Shown here: piece by piece, positions 1 to 15,875 of the stretch | How the letters are laid out: the number at the start of each line of letters is the position of its first letter | Position numbering within the stretch: position 1 is the stretch's first letter | Source: Eledone cirrhosa | Lineage: Eukaryota | Assembly: GCA_964016885.1 (NCBI GenBank) | Contig: OZ024743.1 | Location: forward strand, 176,204,001 to 176,268,000 | Direction: 5' to 3' | Length of the DNA stretch: 64,000 nucleotides | Program-made: the position numbers and the translations under genes | The notes under the pieces: model-generated | Database searches by the model: none | What the model was told of the DNA's origin: nothing | Seen by the model: the letters and a program-made list of their open reading frames with translations, nothing else

Positions 1-214
1 TATATATATATATATATTTATATATATAAATTTATATATATATATATTTATATATATAAATTTATATATATATATATTTATATATATAAATTTATATATA
101 TGATATATTTATATATATAAATTTATATATATGATATATTTATATATATATATATTTATATATATGATATATTTATATATATATATTTATATATATGATA
201 TATTCATATATATG

Positions 215-252
<38 letters not shown>

Positions 253-254
253 AT

Positions 255-3200
255 CTGTTAGAACACGAAAAGTGTGAAACACAGAATGTTCACTTTTCGT
301 GTTCTAACATATATGCCTAGCTTCTTTAAAAATTTTTCGGGGATAGCCGTGGTGGTGGTGATCGTATGTCATTGGCTAATTTTCAACCAATCAGAGTACC
401 TCTCTCTATATCTCTTCCACTGTTACTTACGCCTGTTTCTCTCTATCTGTTCCGTCTCTATATATATCTCTTACTCTTTCGCTTTGCACTCCTCCCCTTC
501 AATACCATCTCTCCCCCTCTCTATATATTTGTTACTCTATCGCTGCACGCTCCTCTCCTTCAATATATCAATTACACACGCTTTACACTCCTTTATCCCC
601 AGCGCCCCTATATATACACCCCCCTCTCCCGCATCTATATTTTAATGTACCGTTGCACCGTGAATATATGTGTCTATATATATATACATATATATTGTAT
701 ATACACATTCATGTATGTGTATACACATTCATGTATGTATATACACTGGTTTTATGTGTGTATTGTAAATTTGTACTGTTAAAACACGAAACTAACATTC
801 GATTGACACTTTGATTACCTGTACAGGCAATAGTTATTAGAATGCTGTTGAAGTGTGTATATATTTTTGGGGGACATCCTGTATATACACACATTATATA
901 TAATACAATAAACAGATAAATACACACATATATATATGAGCTTATTTAATTATAAATATTGTGAATTTTTAACTCAGTTCAATTATATATATAAATGGCT
1001 TCTACAGGACTAGAACTGTTTCATTCGAAAGAGATCATCATAATATTGAGAGGGGGGACTAGATAAAATATTTCAAATCAAATGTGTATAAGTTATAAGT
1101 TAAAATGTATAAATAGAGACGATAGTGGAGGTATATCTGTTTAGTGGAACAGTAGACGATAGAATTAAATACAGACGATAATCTCCCTTTAATGAAACAG
1201 CAGACGATAGAATTAAGGCAATTTAAATTTTAAGCATTTGCATTTTTGCCTTTCATCGTTACGGGATCGATAAAATAAAGTACCAGTAATACACTGTCAC
1301 TAGACGACTTTCAAATTGAATTGTTGGTTCCATTTCTTTAGTATTTTCAATTGTAGTTATCTACTTAAAAAGCGTTACACGGTTAGAGACATAATTCGTA
1401 AGTTATATCTTCCCTATTAAACCATTGCATTATTTCGCCTACAATAGAACAAAAATGAAATGTTCTTTTAATTTTATTGCTCATATTTTGTCGATTCTAT
1501 TGAGTGATGAATAGCTTTTGTTTTATTTTAACATGTCTATTGAGCACTCTAATTCGATATGTGTATTTCCACATTCACTCGAATTATTTTCGCGGATATA
1601 GGGGTCATCTCCCTTGTCTAATGCCATGTGCGTTTTTCACCGCTAGTTGACTCCTTTGCCGCCAGGATAAAACTCGTTGACAACGTAAACTCCATTCCAC
1701 TTATTCTAGTAGGCTTTTATATTTATATGTGAGCTGATAGAGTACTGTCTAAGGATTTACAGAAACCCATGAAGCTAGATTTAACACCTTTCTAGTGGGT
1801 CCGGGTATGATTTTACATTCATTTAAATTATTGACGTATTGTTTTATTGATATTTTTTATCTGTTTGGCCCGAATCTTCCTTTATCGATTTTAAATCGTA
1901 TGGTTGATTGTAGACTTGTTCTATATGTGACGGTATTTTAACGATAGTTATAGCTCTGATTCATCTGAATTATTGAGCCCTCTGCCGCTCATATCGGATT
2001 TCGTTTTTCGTTAACTCGTGCGCCGATTTTTCGATACTCGATCTTTCTAATATATATATATATATATATATAAACGAAGAATGATAAAATTTCAAGCAAA
2101 GAGTTTAATTAGGTATATTTTGTAATATTATTAACTAATTATTATAATTAACGCGCATATTTTGCTATCCTCAAACACGTTTACACATGGCATGAAATAT
2201 AACTAATCCGAGATGGCTAGGTTTCATCTTCTAACTGGATAAACGAAATCCATTATGTCTTGACAACAACATGAGGTAACATTATGTTATTCACAGACAC
2301 ACTTTGTACACTGTTCCATATCAGAATGTATTTCCTTCGTCACATTCACAAACAGTATTGAAAATATGTTCTTCGGCAAATAAAAATGTTTTGTTCATAA
2401 TATTTCAACTAGCGATTGCTCTACTTCACGCACGACCACCATAAATTAATGACCAGCTCAACACAAGTATTGGTAGAGCGTCAGACACCATGCTTTGCAG
2501 TATTGTTATGGTCCTTTGCATTCTAAGTTCAAATCCTGCCGAGGTTAACTTCGACTTTCATACTTACTAATTCGATAAAATAAAGTACCAGTAATGGACT
2601 GCCGTAATGGATTTGTGCCGAAAAATAGAAACACTATTAATGTGCAATAAGAGCAAAATATAACGACATTGCTCAATTATTTTATCTAATGTTGTAATAA
2701 CACAAGGAAATGTTGTTTGTGTATTTTTTTTTATATTTGCTCATAGGCTTTTACAATTTCGCTCAGCCAACAACTATTAAAAAGTGAGTTGCTTAAGATA
2801 ACAATTTAATCACAAATTGTTGCTATCTTTTAATACACTCCAACAAGTCATCAAATTATGTACAATAAAAACAAATCTTATTAATTTGCTCAGGGAATAT
2901 AAAGAAAATGTATATACACTGATAATTGCAAATGTATGTAAATATTTTGTTTTTGTATTGTATATTTTATGTTTTCTATTATGTATAATATATTGATTTA
3001 ATATTGATTGTTTTTTGTAGTTGTTTATATTAAAAGTCTGAAAATATTTTTATACATCTTACACTAATATTTATAAGATAATTTATAATAACAATTACAT
3101 AATCTAATTACATTACAACGATAATTCATTATTAATATATATCCTCTTTAACTAGAGTTATTACAAGCGTTGCCTTAAAAAAATATTAAACTAGACATGA

Positions 3201-4150
3201 AAAATGCGCAAGCTCAAAAGTGCCACAGAATGTTATAATAAACCTTCAAAAGTGTGGGACTAGAGTTGTTGCTAAAAAATATTGTAATCATTATATATCG
3301 TACATTCTGTGGCATCCTTTATAAAAATAGCTTAAACCAACGAAGCCTTTATTTTTACGCTATTTCACTTAGTTAATTCTTAGAGTGTAACATATAAAAA
3401 TAAATACATCTATGTTTAATGTAATAACAGCTATAAATAATTACGTAATATTATTATCATATACTCATAGTAACAAAATAATTGTGTTGAAACTTAATAT
3501 GATGCTTATATGAACGATCAAATCTATAATGATAATTTCTTAAATATACTAATAGTAAAATAATTTAGTTATCTATTGTTACATTTTCATAGAACTATAA
3601 TATTAACAATCGTATTGCATTATCAAATTTTTATCACTACAAACTTTCATATTGGAATTACCTTAAGCCACTTATTATTACTTCGCTTTCGTACTTTTAC
3701 AGCTGTAGATATTGCGCTGTATCTTATATCTAATATCAATATCTCGTGGTAATTTGCATGAAGTGTAAAATAGGTTTATTAATAACTTTAATATGAAATG
3801 TATTATACAGGGCTGCGGAGTCGGTCAAAAATTGACTGAGTTGGAACTCAGGATCCGATACTCCATTATTTCCTAAATTTCAGCTCCGCAGCTCTGTTAT
3901 TATATTAATTAATTTATTTTATAGTTGTAAATCATATTTTTATATGTTACACTCTAAGAATTAACTAAGTGAAATAGCGTAAAAATAAAGGCTTCGTTGG
4001 TTTAAGCTATTTTTATAAAGGATGCCACAGAATGTACGATATATAATGATTACAATATTTTTTAGCAACAACTCTAGTCCCACACTTTTGAAGGTTTATT
4101 ATAACATTCTGTGGCACTTTTGAGCTTGCGCATTTTTCATGTCTAGTATA
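255..4150. repeat. Segmental duplication copy 1 (paralog at 17856-21436)
   Basis: 255-1468 matches 17856-19073 and 2072-4150 matches 19311-21436 nearly base for base; the intervening 1470-2050 and 19075-19300 segments differ. Confidence 0.95.
3190..4147. mobile_element. Non-autonomous element with ~213-bp terminal inverted repeats (foldback/MITE-like)
   Basis: 3190-3402 is the reverse complement of 3935-4147 (ACTAGACATG...CATGTCTAGT); AT-rich ~530-bp core; second copy at 20427-21434. Confidence 0.7.
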
Positions 4151-4152
4151 TG

Positions 4153-5688
4153 ATATTTATTAAAATAACAGATTAAAGTTTAAGCAAAGAATCGCTGCTT
4201 TCACCCTTAACGGTCTCTTCTGAAACTAACAAAGTCAATCTGTAAACGCAGAACTGGATATTTCAAAAAACGTTGCAACCGGAGGAAGACAGGAAGACGA
4301 TACTTTGGTTCGTGGTAACGTTCGCTGGCAAAGAACGGGAAAAAACGAATAATACGTCATTAATAGGAGCGGTGAAAAACAATTACGCGCAAAGACAAAA
4401 CCACGTTTATGGTATAAAAGAGGTCGTAGACTAATGTTCTCTTAAGTGGTGCATAGAGACGTTCTCTGGCAATGAACGAAAAAACGAAGATAATAAGTCA
4501 TATGTGGAGCGTGGAGAACAATAGCACGCAAAGACAAAACCACGTAAATGGTATAGCAGAAATCGTAGACTAAAATTCTAACTAGGAGACCAAATGAATC
4601 TCCGCTACAGAGTTAAGAACAACGTAAATAAATACAATACAGAAGTAATAGGAACAAATAAATACATACACGCAAACAGATACGTACATACACAAGCATA
4701 CGCAAAACCTTACCATGGGTATACAAAACCACGCACATATAAATATGTGTGTGTGTGTATGTTTAGGTAAGTATATATTACCCGTATGTTTTGTGAAGGT
4801 ATGTATACCTTCTCGTACGTATATTTGACTGTTATAGCGTATAATCTTTACATATTCTGGTATTTAGGGTTTGGCTATGTGTAAACGGGAGTTTTGCGTC
4901 CGCGTGAGCGTGCAGGTTCGTACGTTTGGTGGGTATGTGTATATGTGTACTTCTTGTTTTAGTTGACTTACGTCTCCGAACATTCGTGTATTTATATGTA
5001 GGTATGCGTGTGCGCTTGTTATATACGTATTTATTTACTTATATACGTTTATATAATTATTTATTTATTTGTACACAAACATACACACACACACATATTT
5101 ATATGTGCGTGGTTTTGTATACCCATGGTAAGGTTTTGCGTATGCTTGTGTATGTACGTATCTGTTTGCGTGTATGTATTTATTTGTTCCTATTACTTCT
5201 GTATTGTATTTATTTACTTTGTTCTTAACTCTGTAGCGGAGATTCATTTGGTCTCCTAGTTAGAATTTTAGTCTACGATTTCTGCTATACCATTTACGTG
5301 GTTTTGTCTTTGCGTGCTATTGTTCTCCACGCTCCACATATGACTTATTATCTTCGTTTTTTCGTTCATTGCCAGAGAACGTCTCTATGCACCACTTAAG
5401 AGACCATTAGTCTACGACCTCTTTTATACCATAAACGTGGTTTTGTCTTTGCGCGTAATTGTTTTTCACCGCTCCTATTAATGACGTATTATTCGTTTTT
5501 TCCCGTTCTTTGCCAGCGAACGTTACCACGAACCAAAGTATCGTCTTCCTGTCTTCCTCCGGTTGCAACGTTTTTTGAAATATCCAGTTCTGCGTTTACA
5601 GATTGACTTTGTTAGTTTCAGAAGATCCTGTTAAGGGTGAAAGCAGCGATTCTTTGCTTAAACTTTAATCTGTTATTTTAATAAATAT
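4153..5688. repeat. Large inverted repeat, ~612-bp arms with ~312-bp spacer
   Basis: 4153-4764 is the reverse complement of 5077-5688 with very few differences; arms hold an internal ~140-bp imperfect direct repeat (4319/4460). Confidence 0.9.
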
Positions 5689-5770
5689 TTACTCTACGGT
5701 TCTTATATATTTGATATATATTTTCCTTATCGAGCCCTCTTTGGATTTTAGTCTTCAATTTTATTATTAT

Positions 5771-5823
<53 letters not shown>

Positions 5824-5835
5824 ATATATATATAT

Positions 5836-8227
<2,392 letters not shown>

Positions 8228-8479
8228 AACTTACACAATCTTCTACTTCATTCTTTGATGGTGATGGGGCTAAATTATATATATATATATATAATTTACC
8301 CCCATATATATATCAAATTTACCCCCATATATATATATAAAGAGAGAGAGAGAGAGAGAGAGAGAAAGAGGAGAGTGTGAAAAAAACAAAACAAAGAGCG
8401 ATAGAGAAACACACACTTATATAGATACCTACATAGGTGTACATATACATACACGTACACATATGTGCATATATATGTA

Positions 8480-8534
<55 letters not shown>

Positions 8535-10258
8535 GTGTATGAATTTTGCTCGTAAATGTCTTATATAATATATGTTTTTATCGTAAACGTTCATGCTGGT
8601 TACTGTTTTAAATATTATAATCATTTTCTTTTCCCATAAATACTGAATTTAAGTGTTATACTTGACAATGTTAGGCAGTAGTAAGTCGGCCTCTCTGTTG
8701 GTGCTTAAGTGATTAGGAAATTACCTGCAAGTCCTACGTGATACGGAATGAGGTGGCTTGGTTATTTTATACCAGTTAGCCTATATTGAACTAATTTGAA
8801 AGAAAAGGGTGGCATGAGCACATTGGTGTAGATGGTGACACCATCTTTTAGATTTCGAGAGAACGTATTTCGAGTTCAATGGAAGTGGGGAGGGCATCTT
8901 TTGTTTTTCTCTAATTTTGATTGGCCACTTGTAATACTTTCACTTAATAATATGGCTACTGGGAAACAGTTTTTCATTTATACAAAGTTGTCAGACTCGA
9001 AACCTTTGGTTTCACAGCCAATTATCGTGTTAATGAGTCATGATAAATTAGCTTTTTATATTGAGCGCCTGTTCTTTTGTTCATATTTTCGAGACTATAT
9101 ATATATATTTATATACATATGGTCGAAACTGCCAACGCCCATCTCAACGGCCAATGACCCTACAGTTCTGTGTCCTTCGTATGTATGTTTATTTTAAAAA
9201 AATAATTTTTTAAGGTTTCCCCTTAAAAAACATGTTTTTCGTTTTGCCTTGTTTCCGTTTGTTGTTTTGTCCTCTCTTTCTTAATTTTTTAAAGTTTACA
9301 CACACACATATATATATAATATTGTATATATATATATATATAGTAGCTATAATATATATACAGTGGAAACACTGCATGAGAACGGATTGTGTCATTCCTC
9401 ATATATATATATATTGAATATATTTATGTTTTCCAATCCATGATAGGTTAAATTCCCAGGGCGGTTTGCTGTAGTTTAACCCACTGAATCACCACTAGGT
9501 AGTACAACTCAATCCTAATATAAATAACTCAATATCTAGCAGTGTACACACTTTCCACAGTAAAACAATATCCGTGTAAATATAACAAGCTACCAGCTTG
9601 TTATATTTACACGTTCTGTAATTAAAGACTTCATTTCAAGAATAACATATTATTTGAGGTTGGTTTGCCTCGTATCTAGGTGCGGTCAGAGGCCAGAAAG
9701 AATTATCTATTATCCGCTTCAACGCCCATAAACCGAGAATAAACACCAGCCTTATGAAAAAATGCCCCACGGCGCATTTTTTTTTTTTTCGTTTTTCTTC
9801 GTTAACAATTCTTTTGATTATTCTCACATAGACTGTAATTCCTTTACTATAAATGAGAATATACTGAATGAATTATTCAAATATTCCTATCTATGCACAT
9901 ATTTTAATATATTTGAACCTTGCGACATGTCAATTCAACTTATTGGCTCAATATAAGATGTTAGTAACATTTTCTCAAATTATAATTTTAACATATTTAT
10001 AAATAAGTTGTGGCTCCTATTTACATTTTAACTTTTCTTTTTTACTGAAAACTTACAGCTCATTCTGTACAATCCTTTTATACAACTATCTAATCTTCAT
10101 GTAGTTTGCCCTCTTCAGCTTCAAACGTAAATTTAGATCTTTGTCACTTCCGCTCTCCAGTCTAACTGTGAAATAAAATCGTGTTAGAGATACTGAAATA
10201 TGTTTAATGCATTTGAAATATTCAAACACGAAAGTATTTCAACTTGTTCTCCTTGCTA

Positions 10259-10389
10259 TACCGTCGGGTCCCAAATAATAGGGTCTTAGAATAAGCAGGG
10301 GAGTTGAAATAAGCAGTGGCAGGGGCTGGAAAATCGTTGATTTTTTTTTTTTAAACCAGGATTAGTCGTTTATTCGAGACCGGAGAGTA
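10259..10389. mobile_element. Small MITE with imperfect ~20-bp TIRs
   Basis: Left TACCGTCGGGTCCCAAATAA resembles the reverse complement of right TTATTCGAGACCGGAGAGTA. Confidence 0.45.
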
Positions 10390-10951
10390 CGGGAACAATA
10401 TTTCTTTCTCTTTAAATCATAGTTGCGATATAATAGTCTTGGTTTAATTGCGAGCATGTTCTTCTCAGCATCATAATGTTGTGAATTTAATTCCCGGCCT
10501 TACTTTGTGTCCTAGAGTAAGGCATTTTGTTTAATGTTTTTCCAGTTGAATTAGTTGGCAAACATTAAAAGGGCTAGCCATGTCACATAATGTTGCATTG
10601 AATTAAATATCCCTGAGAATTTCATCAGTGTTACTCGTGTGTGTGGAATGTTGAGTCGTTTGCTCATTAATTTTACGAGCAGAAAATTTTCCGTTGTTCG
10701 AAAATCTGGAATACTCGTCGTCGGAACCGACGGAGAACCAACTACTATTACAACAATGTTGAATGTTAGACAGCAGAAGGTAGCTAACAAATAAGTAGAT
10801 CTAAGTTGAAATCAGGAAACAGGAAAAGCTGCGAAGTTAGGGTCTGGGCCGTATATATTCATAAATATATCGTATATGCTTTCATATACAGTTCATTTAC
10901 GAACCACGTTATATCAGTGCTACTACTTACATTATAACTTTTATACTCTGC

Positions 10952-11036
<85 letters not shown>

Positions 11037-11169
11037 GCAAAAGTTCTATTTAAAATTGTTGGGATACAACAAGTAAATATTTTTATAACTGATATAAAGC
11101 ACTCGACAAGTATTTGGAGTAGATATACGATATTAATAAATGGAAACTATATTTATAAAACCATATTTA

Positions 11170-11230
11170 TTTCATTATACATATTTCAGGGATACCAAAT
11201 TAAATTATGGTATGCCTTCATCAGACAAAA
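11170..11230 (-). ncRNA. Minimal type I hammerhead ribozyme (left arm of palindrome)
   Basis: Reverse complement of 11371-11431. Confidence 0.8.
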
Positions 11231-11370
11231 CACAATATATAACAGTTTTACAAATAAGCTTTGACGTACCCTTTTAAAATGCAACCATTATTTTTGGAAG
11301 CCATCTGGGGTACGTCAAAGGTACGTCAAAGGTACGTCAAAGCTTATTTGTAAAACTGTTATATATTGTA

Positions 11371-11431
11371 TTTTGTCTGATGAAGGCATACCATAATTTA
11401 ATTTGGTATCCCTGAAATATGTATAATGAAA
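11371..11431 (+). ncRNA. Minimal type I hammerhead ribozyme
   Basis: TTTTGT-CTGATGA-AGGCATACCA...TGGTATCCCT-GAAA-TATGTA-TA^-ATGAAA; stems I and II pair; short helix III; AUA cleavage triplet. Confidence 0.8.
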
Positions 11432-11573
11432 TAAATATGGTTTTATAAATATAGTTTCCATTTATTAATATCGTATATGTATGTATATATATGTATATAT
11501 GTATATATATATATGTATATGTATATGTATATATATGTATATATATATGTATATATATATACATATATATGTA

Positions 11574-11661
<88 letters not shown>

Positions 11662-11727
11662 TACATATACAGAGGTATCCACTGTAAGTTGTGGGGTCTA
11701 TTCTGCATGAAGAACTTTGTTTTAACT

Positions 11728-11768
<41 letters not shown>

Positions 11769-12018
11769 CGATATAGGTATCTATATATATGTAAACGATT
11801 AAGTTAAAAATGTACATCTACATATGCATACTGAAATACTAGTGTGTATATGAATACACACACGTATACATATGTAGGTGTAACAAGTCTTTCACTGGTT
11901 GCTTTACTGTGAGCAACTCAGCTATTCTGTATGTAAACACATAGACAAACCGGTTTTTAGAGTCATACTGGTTTTCGGGGGAACACCTTCCCTCTATTCT
12001 CCAGAAAGCCAGACAAGG

Positions 12019-12063
12019 AATATTGAACTAGTTTCGTTGTTGTTACAACTCATCAGCAATATT
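12019..12063 (-). ncRNA. Minimal type I hammerhead ribozyme, copy 1
   Basis: Exact reverse complement of 12813-12857. Confidence 0.9.
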
Positions 12064-12485
12064 TACCTATCTACCGGCCCTTCTGGAGAATTGTAAAAGC
12101 ACATATCGTTATATGCTTTTTCTATGAAAATTAGTAGTGGGCAGACTAATTTGCATAGAGTGTGAGTACGCACCGGTTCAGCGGAGACGATAAAAACAAA
12201 TAACGAAACGAAATTAAATTTCGTTTCGTTTGTAACTCACTTTTGTATGACTGACGCTTAAACAATTAAGTTAAAAATGTACATCTACATATGCATACTG
12301 AAATACTAGTGTGTATATGAATACACACACGTATACATATGTAGGTGTAACAAGTCTTTCACTGGTTGCTTTACTGTGAGCAACTCAGCTATTCTGTATG
12401 TAAACACACAGACAAACCGGTTTTTAGAGTCATACTGGTTTTCGGGGGAACACCTTCCCTCTATTCTCCAGAAAGCCAGACAAGG

Positions 12486-12530
12486 AATATTGAACTAGTT
12501 TCGTTGTTGTTACAACTCATCAGCAATATT
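12486..12530 (-). ncRNA. Minimal type I hammerhead ribozyme, copy 2
   Basis: Exact reverse complement of 12813-12857. Confidence 0.9.
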
Positions 12531-12812
12531 TACCTATCTACCGGCCCTTCTGGAGAATTGTACACACTAGTATTTCAGTATGCATATGTAGATGTACATT
12601 TTTAACTTAATTGTTTAAGCGTCAGTCATACAAAAGTGAGTTACAAACGAAACGAAATTTAATTTCGTTTCGTTATTTGTTTTTATCGTCTCCGCTGAAC
12701 CGGTGCGTACTCACACTCTATGCAAATTAGTCTGCCCACTACCAATTTTCATAGAAAAAGCATATAACGATATGTGCTTTTACAATTCTCCAGAAGGGCC
12801 GGTAGATAGGTA

Positions 12813-12857
12813 AATATTGCTGATGAGTTGTAACAACAACGAAACTAGTTCAATATT
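12813..12857 (+). ncRNA. Minimal type I hammerhead ribozyme, copy 3
   Basis: AATATTG-CTGATGA-GTTGT-AACA-ACAAC-GAAA-CTAG-TT^-CAATATT: perfect 7-bp stem I, 5-bp stem II, palindromic helix III ACTAGT, GUU triplet. Confidence 0.9.
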
Positions 12858-13170
12858 CCTTGTCTGGCTTTCTGGAGAATAGAGGGAAGGTGTTCCCCCG
12901 AAAACCAGTATGACTCTAAAAACCGGTTTGTCTGTGTGTTTACATACAGAATAGCTGAGTTGCTCACAGTAAAGCAAGCAGTGAAAGACTTGTTACACCT
13001 ACATATGTATACGTGTGTGTATTCATATACACACTAGTATTTCAGTATGCATATGTAGATGTACATTTTTAACTTAATTGTTTAAGCGTCAGTCATACAA
13101 AAGTGAGTTACAAACGAAACGAAATTTAATTTCGTTTCGTTATTTGTTTTTATATATATGTATATATAAG

Positions 13171-13206
<36 letters not shown>

Positions 13207-13388
13207 TGTATATTTGTATATATATATATATATGTATGTATGTATATATATATGTATATATATGTATATATATATGTATATATATATATATGTATATGTA
13301 TATATATGTATATATATATGTATATGTATATATATGTATATATATGTATATACATGTATATGTATATATATATATATGTATATATATG

Positions 13389-13450
<62 letters not shown>

Positions 13451-13776
13451 TACACATACACATACACACACACATATATATATATATGTTTATGTGTGTG
13501 TGGTGTGTATGTGTAAAGAAATGTTCAGTAAAATTACCAGTCTCTAATCAGTCTGCTGATTAGTATTGAAGATTCTAAACATATTGATGAAGCCACTTCT
13601 AATCAGCTTCCTTTATAGTATTGCCATTAAATATCGACTGTCTTTGCCGTTTAATTAAAGAGAAAATTGTCTAAATTGAACTATAAATTTCAATTCCAAT
13701 CACTAATCAGTCTATTCACTATCGTTGCACCAACACTAATATGACTTAATTAAATCTTTTCTTTTGTGGCGATGTG

Positions 13777-13866
<90 letters not shown>

Positions 13867-14548
13867 ATTATATAAACCAGAGACAAATACAGCAGAGAGA
13901 AAAGAGTTGGTCGGTGGCTATCGGATGAAAGGGAGAGAAAGGAAATAGAAGAAATTGTATAAGAAGTAACGAAAGAGATGTGGATATTAAAATAAATAAC
14001 CGGGCTTGGAAAAAGAGGAAAAAACGCGAAGTTATGCCTAAGAAGTTGTATTAAATTCAATGAAATTAGTTTATAAATTCGTGAAATTATGTTCTCATTG
14101 AAAGAAGAAAAATAAATGATTCTTGATTAGCTCTTAGACGTTTCTGGGGAAATAAGTACATATATATTTTTTTTAAACTTTTTTTATCTACTCGAGATAG
14201 TAATTTAAAGAGGAATTCTATTTTATTTTGAGTTAATAGAGTTAGTGATTTAATATAGTAGTAACAATTAGATAGATGGTTCTATTAATTTAAAAGTGAT
14301 GCACTTCCATAATCGTCCTATAATTCACTTCAGGAAGCAATGTAGTAAATAAAATAATGTACTTGGGAACTTAAATTAAAATATTGAAGACGAAGTACTA
14401 ACCTTTGCTTCAATTGAAAACATGAAGTCTTTAGATTAATATTTCTTTAGAATTATTCTAAAAGAGAAAGAACAAAATATCTCAAGTTCATATATATATA
14501 TATAATGTTCATGTACCTTTACATAGACTTAACATTGTATAAACCATA

Positions 14549-14616
<68 letters not shown>

Positions 14617-15019
14617 TATATATATATATGTATATTAGAAATATTGGAATCCAAACAGATTTGCTTAGAGAGATAAATATATCGATAGAGAGATTAAGAA
14701 AGTCATCGAATTCTAGTCACCACCTTCCATATCTGACACGCTTAATGAGATAAGTTTACAGTTGATTTGTGCCCGGTGCATTGCAGAGTGGACACAATTA
14801 AATAGTGAGTTTTAAGGCAGTGTTCAGGTATTGGTTACACTGATCGATCTCCTGTATATATAGAGAGATATGCTAAACATTTACGACCAGATGTCCTGCC
14901 TGATGACAGCCCATACTACTCAGTATAGTAGAGTTTCACTATTAAAACGCTTTTCTTACTATATCACGTGTTAAACTAATATAAATCATCACTGTACTGT
15001 ATTGTTCTCCCACGTTGAC

Positions 15020-15077
<58 letters not shown>

Positions 15078-15179
15078 GCGCGCGCACGCGCTCATACGCA
15101 TTAGTATGTTCGCGTTGTCAATAATGACTTTAAATATGTCTATCGAAGTTAGGTATTCAATATATATATATATATATTG

Positions 15180-15365
15180 GGCAGTGGATTGGCAGTATCG
15201 GTAGAGGGTCGGACGCCATGCTTTCCAGCATAGTTACGTCCCTTTACGATCTGAGTTCAAATCCCGCCGAGGTTGACTTTGCCTTTCATCCTTACGGGGT
15301 CGATAAAATAAAGTACCAGTAATGCACTGGGTATTGTTGGCCTTGTGCCTAAAGTAGAAACAAAT
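15180..15365 (+). mobile_element. tRNA-derived SINE (same family)
   Basis: Near-identical to 6931-7110. Confidence 0.85.
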
Positions 15366-15807
15366 ATATATATATATATATTATATATATATATTTTTTT
15401 CTTTATTTTTCGATCGACTTTCGTCAAATCGGACCGAGGAAACAATGTTTCCGTTGTCTTTCCAATTGCTAATACTATCTATCGGTCGCAACTCCAGGTA
15501 GAAGGAGCAACGTGAAATAAAGTGTCTTGCTCAAGGAGATAACGCATCGCCCGGTCCAGTAATGGAACTGACAACCTCATCATTGTGAATCCAGTTCTCT
15601 AACCAATCAGCCACACGCCTTCACACACACACACACACGTGTGTTATGTGTGTTTCAGTTATAGATAAATGGACAGCAAAATGGCGATAGTTGCATAGAC
15701 ATGGATAGAGAGAGTTAATGAGATAAAGAAATTTTCTTTTAATCATTCTGTCATTCACAAACATTCCTTTAAACATATACATATAAAAACCACCAATAAT
15801 ATATGCC

Positions 15808-15875
<68 letters not shown>

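Larger units (their letters stand above)
11798..13151. mobile_element. Hammerhead-bearing 467-bp repeat in tandem plus inverted arrangement (retrozyme/PLE-derived candidate)
   Basis: Unit repeats with 467-bp period (11899 vs 12366), then an inverted ~590-bp copy at 12561-13151; flanked by (TA)n; no credible ORF. Confidence 0.8.

Noticed and set aside
11798-13151. CRISPR-like array, or a repeated 65-aa protein (MLYCEQL...)
   Set aside because: Eukaryotic context, no repeat-spacer pattern; the ORFs start at TTG and simply follow the repeat
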